Both the position numbers and the translations under genes were made by a program. Shown here piece by piece: positions 53,495 to 56,110 of a stretch of 56,110 nt of DNA (position 1 is the stretch's first letter; each line of letters starts with the position of its first letter). Below the pieces are notes generated by a model, which saw only the letters and a program-made list of their open reading frames with translations, had not been told where the DNA came from and did not search any database. Location of the stretch: positions 1 to 56,110 of IMG/VR virus record IMGVR_UViG_3300047550_002572; one strand, given 5' to 3'. The DNA is from a virus. Its lineage: Duplodnaviria; Caudoviricetes.

Positions 53495-54177
53495 ATCATA
53501 TCCTCCAATGACGGCATAGGCTGAGAAACCTGCTGACGAACTTCACGGAACTCTGCACCCAACGGGTCTACGTTATCTGCCGTGACTTCGACCCGAGGAG
53601 CGGCCAGCGCCGCTCGAGGGCCATCGCTGTTGGGTACCGACATCTTCATCGCACGCTCAATGATCTGCTGACGGGTACGCCCGTCCTCGACGAAGTGGAA
53701 CACCACATCCTGAATGAACCGCACGAGAATGCTTGTGTCGATGTTGACCTGAAGCTTCACGCCTTCCTGGATCTTCTTCATCCGCTCGGCGGCCCGCGTG
53801 ATCTTCTCCAGATGGTCTGCTAGGTCTTCGAGACCGAGACCAAGACTTGCGACGCCGAGCTCTTCTGCGATGACCGCCGTCGCAATGGACGTGAGAGTCG
53901 AAACCGTCTTCTGGAGCTTTTCCGCATCCTTCGTCTTCTCCCCGTACACCTTCATCAGCTTAGACGAGATGGCTTCCTCAATGGCGACGATCTTCTGCTG
54001 CCCTGTCGCAGTCAGCGCCTCTTCCATCCGCACATACAGCAACCGAAGAAGCGCAATCTCCTTGCGAAGGTCAAACGGCTTGCCGTCATCCAAGAACTCC
54101 TGATACAGACCCTCATACTTGTCGGGGACGCCCAGTTTCTTCGCAGAGACGTGCAAGCCGTGCTTGATTTTAGACAT
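53491..54177 (-). CDS. Probable terminase small subunit
   Basis: KHGL.S N-terminus, DL..EIALLR, helical; upstream of TerL. Confidence 0.6.
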   Translation of the reverse strand: MSKIKHGLHVSAKKLGVPDKYEGLYQEFLDDGKPFDLRKEIALLRLLYVRMEEALTATGQQKIVAIEEAISSKLMKVYGEKTKDAEKLQKTVSTLTSIATAVIAEELGVASLGLGLEDLADHLEKITRAAERMKKIQEGVKLQVNIDTSILVRFIQDVVFHFVEDGRTRQQIIERAMKMSVPNSDGPRAALAAPRVEVTADNVDPLGAEFREVRQQVSQPMPSLEDMI

Positions 54178-54183
54178 ACGCCC

Positions 54184-54212
54184 ATCATGTAAGAGAGGGT
54201 CGGTATTGTCAA
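54184..54212 (-). promoter_or_regulatory. Promoter for the packaging operon, probably giving a leaderless transcript
   Basis: TTGACA (54212-54207), 17 nt, CATGAT (54189-54184); ATG at 54177 with no SD. Confidence 0.5.
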
Positions 54213-54328
54213 GAGGTAAATACCAGCCCTTGACGCACCGACCCAACATCCCTACACTATACGGGAAGACCGAAGGTAACCATACCACCCCACCCCTGTG
54301 GCCCTGGCGAAAGCTGGGGCTGCTTTCT

Positions 54329-54715
54329 TTACTTCAAGAACTTCAGCTTGTACCGAGTGGACTGAACCAACGTCACAATCGAATCGATCTCGTTCTGGAT
54401 GTTGCTCATCTCGCAGATCGCCTGGCGGTTGTCCTCTACCCACGCCTCAAGGTCGTCTAGCATCGGAATTGCCGCCTGCGCCTTGATCGACACAGCAGGC
54501 AGCTTCAGCAGCTCCCCGCACATCCCCTGATACGCTTCTGCGAACGAATCGGCCAGCTCCCCGATCTCAGTGTAGAACGCCCCCAGCGCCATGTGCTCCG
54601 CGAACGAACCCGGCCCCTTCGCCGCCAAGTGCAGAACGTGCGCCTGCGTCCGAGCGTTGAAGCACTTCATCACCAGAAGCGCCGCCTTCCCATCATCGTG
54701 CTTGCAATCAGCCAT
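54329..54715 (-). CDS. DUF5856-like ferritin/Dps-fold protein
   Basis: QAH.LH...SFAEH.AL..FY......D.FAE.YQG, IQN.ID.I......YKL. Confidence 0.75.
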   Translation of the reverse strand: MADCKHDDGKAALLVMKCFNARTQAHVLHLAAKGPGSFAEHMALGAFYTEIGELADSFAEAYQGMCGELLKLPAVSIKAQAAIPMLDDLEAWVEDNRQAICEMSNIQNEIDSIVTLVQSTRYKLKFLK

Positions 54716-54845
54716 CCCGTCTCTCCTCCTTCTCACATACCGTACACACCATAGGGTACATCGACAGGCTGTCTCGGTCAACGGGGAACACGGGCTGGCG
54801 GTACACCCACCGATGAAACCCCACCGCACACAACATCCGCTGCAT
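54708..54845 (-). CDS. 45-aa Zn-binding protein, not in the ORF track
   Basis: LCAVGFHRW...CTVC. Confidence 0.5.
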   Translation of the reverse strand: MQRMLCAVGFHRWVYRQPVFPVDRDSLSMYPMVCTVCEKEERRDG

Positions 54846-54849
54846 CAGC

Positions 54850-55152
54850 TTACACAACGACGTATCCCTCCGCTATCTCCCGAGCCGTCTGCGCAGAGCA
54901 CTCGTGCGAGGCTGACGTTTCCAACCCCGTCCACCCGCAGAACTCACAAGCCCCATCCGCATCTGCAGGCGTCAGACCCGCAAGCGCACAAAGCACATCC
55001 AACGCTTTCTCCATGTCTTCACGCAGCTTGTCACGCTCTGCGGTCACCTGCTCCAGTTCGTCGCACAACCGTAGCACCGACGCTATCAGCGACGACACAT
55101 CCATGTTTGCGCGAGCCCGCACCTTGTCGAGCTGTATCGGCTCTCTACTCAT
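54850..55152 (-). CDS. Hypothetical protein (coiled coil plus CxxC...H.C)
   Basis: ORF track; SD GAGG. Confidence 0.65.
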   Translation of the reverse strand: MSREPIQLDKVRARANMDVSSLIASVLRLCDELEQVTAERDKLREDMEKALDVLCALAGLTPADADGACEFCGWTGLETSASHECSAQTAREIAEGYVVV

Positions 55153-55161
55153 CGCTTCGCC

Positions 55162-55281
55162 TCACCGCTCATCGCGCTTCTCCCTCCGCTTGTCGTCCTC
55201 GCGCTCCCACGCGCACAGGTCGCAGACGGCGTCGATGGCTTGCATCTGATAGTCCAAGTTGCCTTCAAAGTGCAGTTTCAT
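55162..55281 (-). CDS. 39-aa mini-protein whose N-terminus matches type III restriction Res subunits, not in the ORF track
   Basis: MKLHFEGNLDYQMQAIDAVCDL; GAGG upstream. Confidence 0.6.
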   Translation of the reverse strand: MKLHFEGNLDYQMQAIDAVCDLCAWEREDDKRREKRDER

Positions 55282-55300
55282 GGGAAGTCTCTACCTCGAT

Positions 55301-55393
55301 CATTACTAAAATCGTATCTGCGAAGACGCCTAGTAATGAGTGTTCATGCGGGTTCTGTCGCCGCAATCATTACTAGGCATTACTAACATTACT
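55301..55393. repeat. Five CATTACT boxes including a perfect 12-bp inverted repeat
   Basis: CATTACT at 55301, 55368, 55378, 55387 and inverted at 55332; GCCTAGTAATGA (55328-55339) / TCATTACTAGGC (55367-55378). Confidence 0.85.
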
Positions 55394-55461
55394 CGAGCCC
55401 TCCTGTCGCCGCTGGTCGGCGCGCTCCCACGCCCGCACCCGCGCCGAGCCCTGCAACGGTA

Positions 55462-55584
55462 TCACTTGCTGATTCTCCTCTGCAATATCTCAGCCAGCCG
55501 ATCCGCACAATCCTCGCAGAACACCAGCCGACCCAACCGCACCGGCCACGAACCCACCCGACCCTTGCACACCGAACACATCAC
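55462..55584 (-). CDS. Small Zn-finger protein
   Basis: GTGA overlap; CSVC...FCEDC. Confidence 0.55.
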   Translation of the reverse strand: MMCSVCKGRVGSWPVRLGRLVFCEDCADRLAEILQRRISK

Positions 55585-55775
55585 TCCGACGCCCCCGCCC
55601 CAAGCTCCTCGACCTCCAACCCCAATATCGCATGCTCCACCAACGCACTCATCGTACACCCCACCGCATCCGACATCTCCTCCAACCGCCGCTTTGTAGA
55701 GGGGCGAATCCTCACCATCAAACACTCCGACTTCATCTCCTTCGCCTCAACCGACCGACGCTTCCCTGACGACAT
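55581..55775 (-). CDS. RHH-like regulator
   Basis: SD GGAGG; LMVRI...K.RL..M....G.TMS.LV..AI. Confidence 0.7.
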   Translation of the reverse strand: MSSGKRRSVEAKEMKSECLMVRIRPSTKRRLEEMSDAVGCTMSALVEHAILGLEVEELGAGASE

Positions 55776-55791
55776 AACACGTTGTACCTCC

Positions 55792-55822
55792 GAATCGTAT
55801 TAACCAAGAGTTAATACGATTC
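55792..55822. promoter_or_regulatory. Perfect 13-bp inverted repeat (operator candidate) upstream of the RHH gene
   Basis: GAATCGTATTAAC-caaga-GTTAATACGATTC. Confidence 0.7.
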
Positions 55823-56110
55823 TACTCCGCGCCGAGGAAACCCTCCTGCACACACACACACAGAGAGACCCTACCCGACCTTTGCAATACATACTAGAGG
55901 GGTTAATTGCCCACGCACACCTGCACTACATACCCACAGGCCATACCACCACCCACAGCAACCAAGCAACACCCACACCAGAGCAACCAACACCCCAAGC
56001 TGAAGCAAAACCATACCACCTATACCACCCATACCATCCATACTAGGGGGGCTAATCCACTACAATACTTCAAGTCGGGGTGGACCCAGGCTTAGGGGCC
56101 CCATCAGGGC

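Noticed and set aside
1-56110. tRNA/rRNA genes, reverse transcriptase/DGR, introns, inteins, stop-codon recoding
   Set aside because: None recognised by eye; genes read normally in the standard code (tRNAscan/Infernal not run)

Overview
The window looks like a near-complete ~56 kb genome of a tailed dsDNA phage with podovirus-like morphogenesis genes (no tape measure, sheath, integrase or own RNA polymerase recognised). It has two convergent arms. The + arm (0.3-21.4 kb) holds an early operon with an AcrIII-1/DUF1874 ring-nuclease homolog and SpoVG, an SNF2 helicase, an origin-like intergenic region with DnaA boxes, a PAPS-reductase-like protein, a family A DNA polymerase with an N-terminal UDG-like domain, and a recombination/replication set (UvsY-like, SSB, RecA, split DnaB, primase, SbcD/SbcC, RusA). 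This arm also encodes an MT-A70 methyltransferase and a C5 methyltransferase apparently encoded by two fully overlapping frames. The - arm (55.8-21.4 kb) runs through small terminase, CHAP endolysin, large terminase, portal, scaffold, major capsid, adaptor/nozzle, fibres, internal virion (ejection) proteins and holins. The most striking features are: (1) a Dnmt3-like cytosine methyltransferase fused to an ejection-type protein inside the internal-virion cluster, a candidate virion-packaged, co-injected DNA protector; (2) the dual-frame methyltransferase; (3) the AcrIII-1 early operon; (4) a mini-gene matching the N-terminus of a type III restriction Res subunit. All family calls come from motif recognition by eye; no database search was run.
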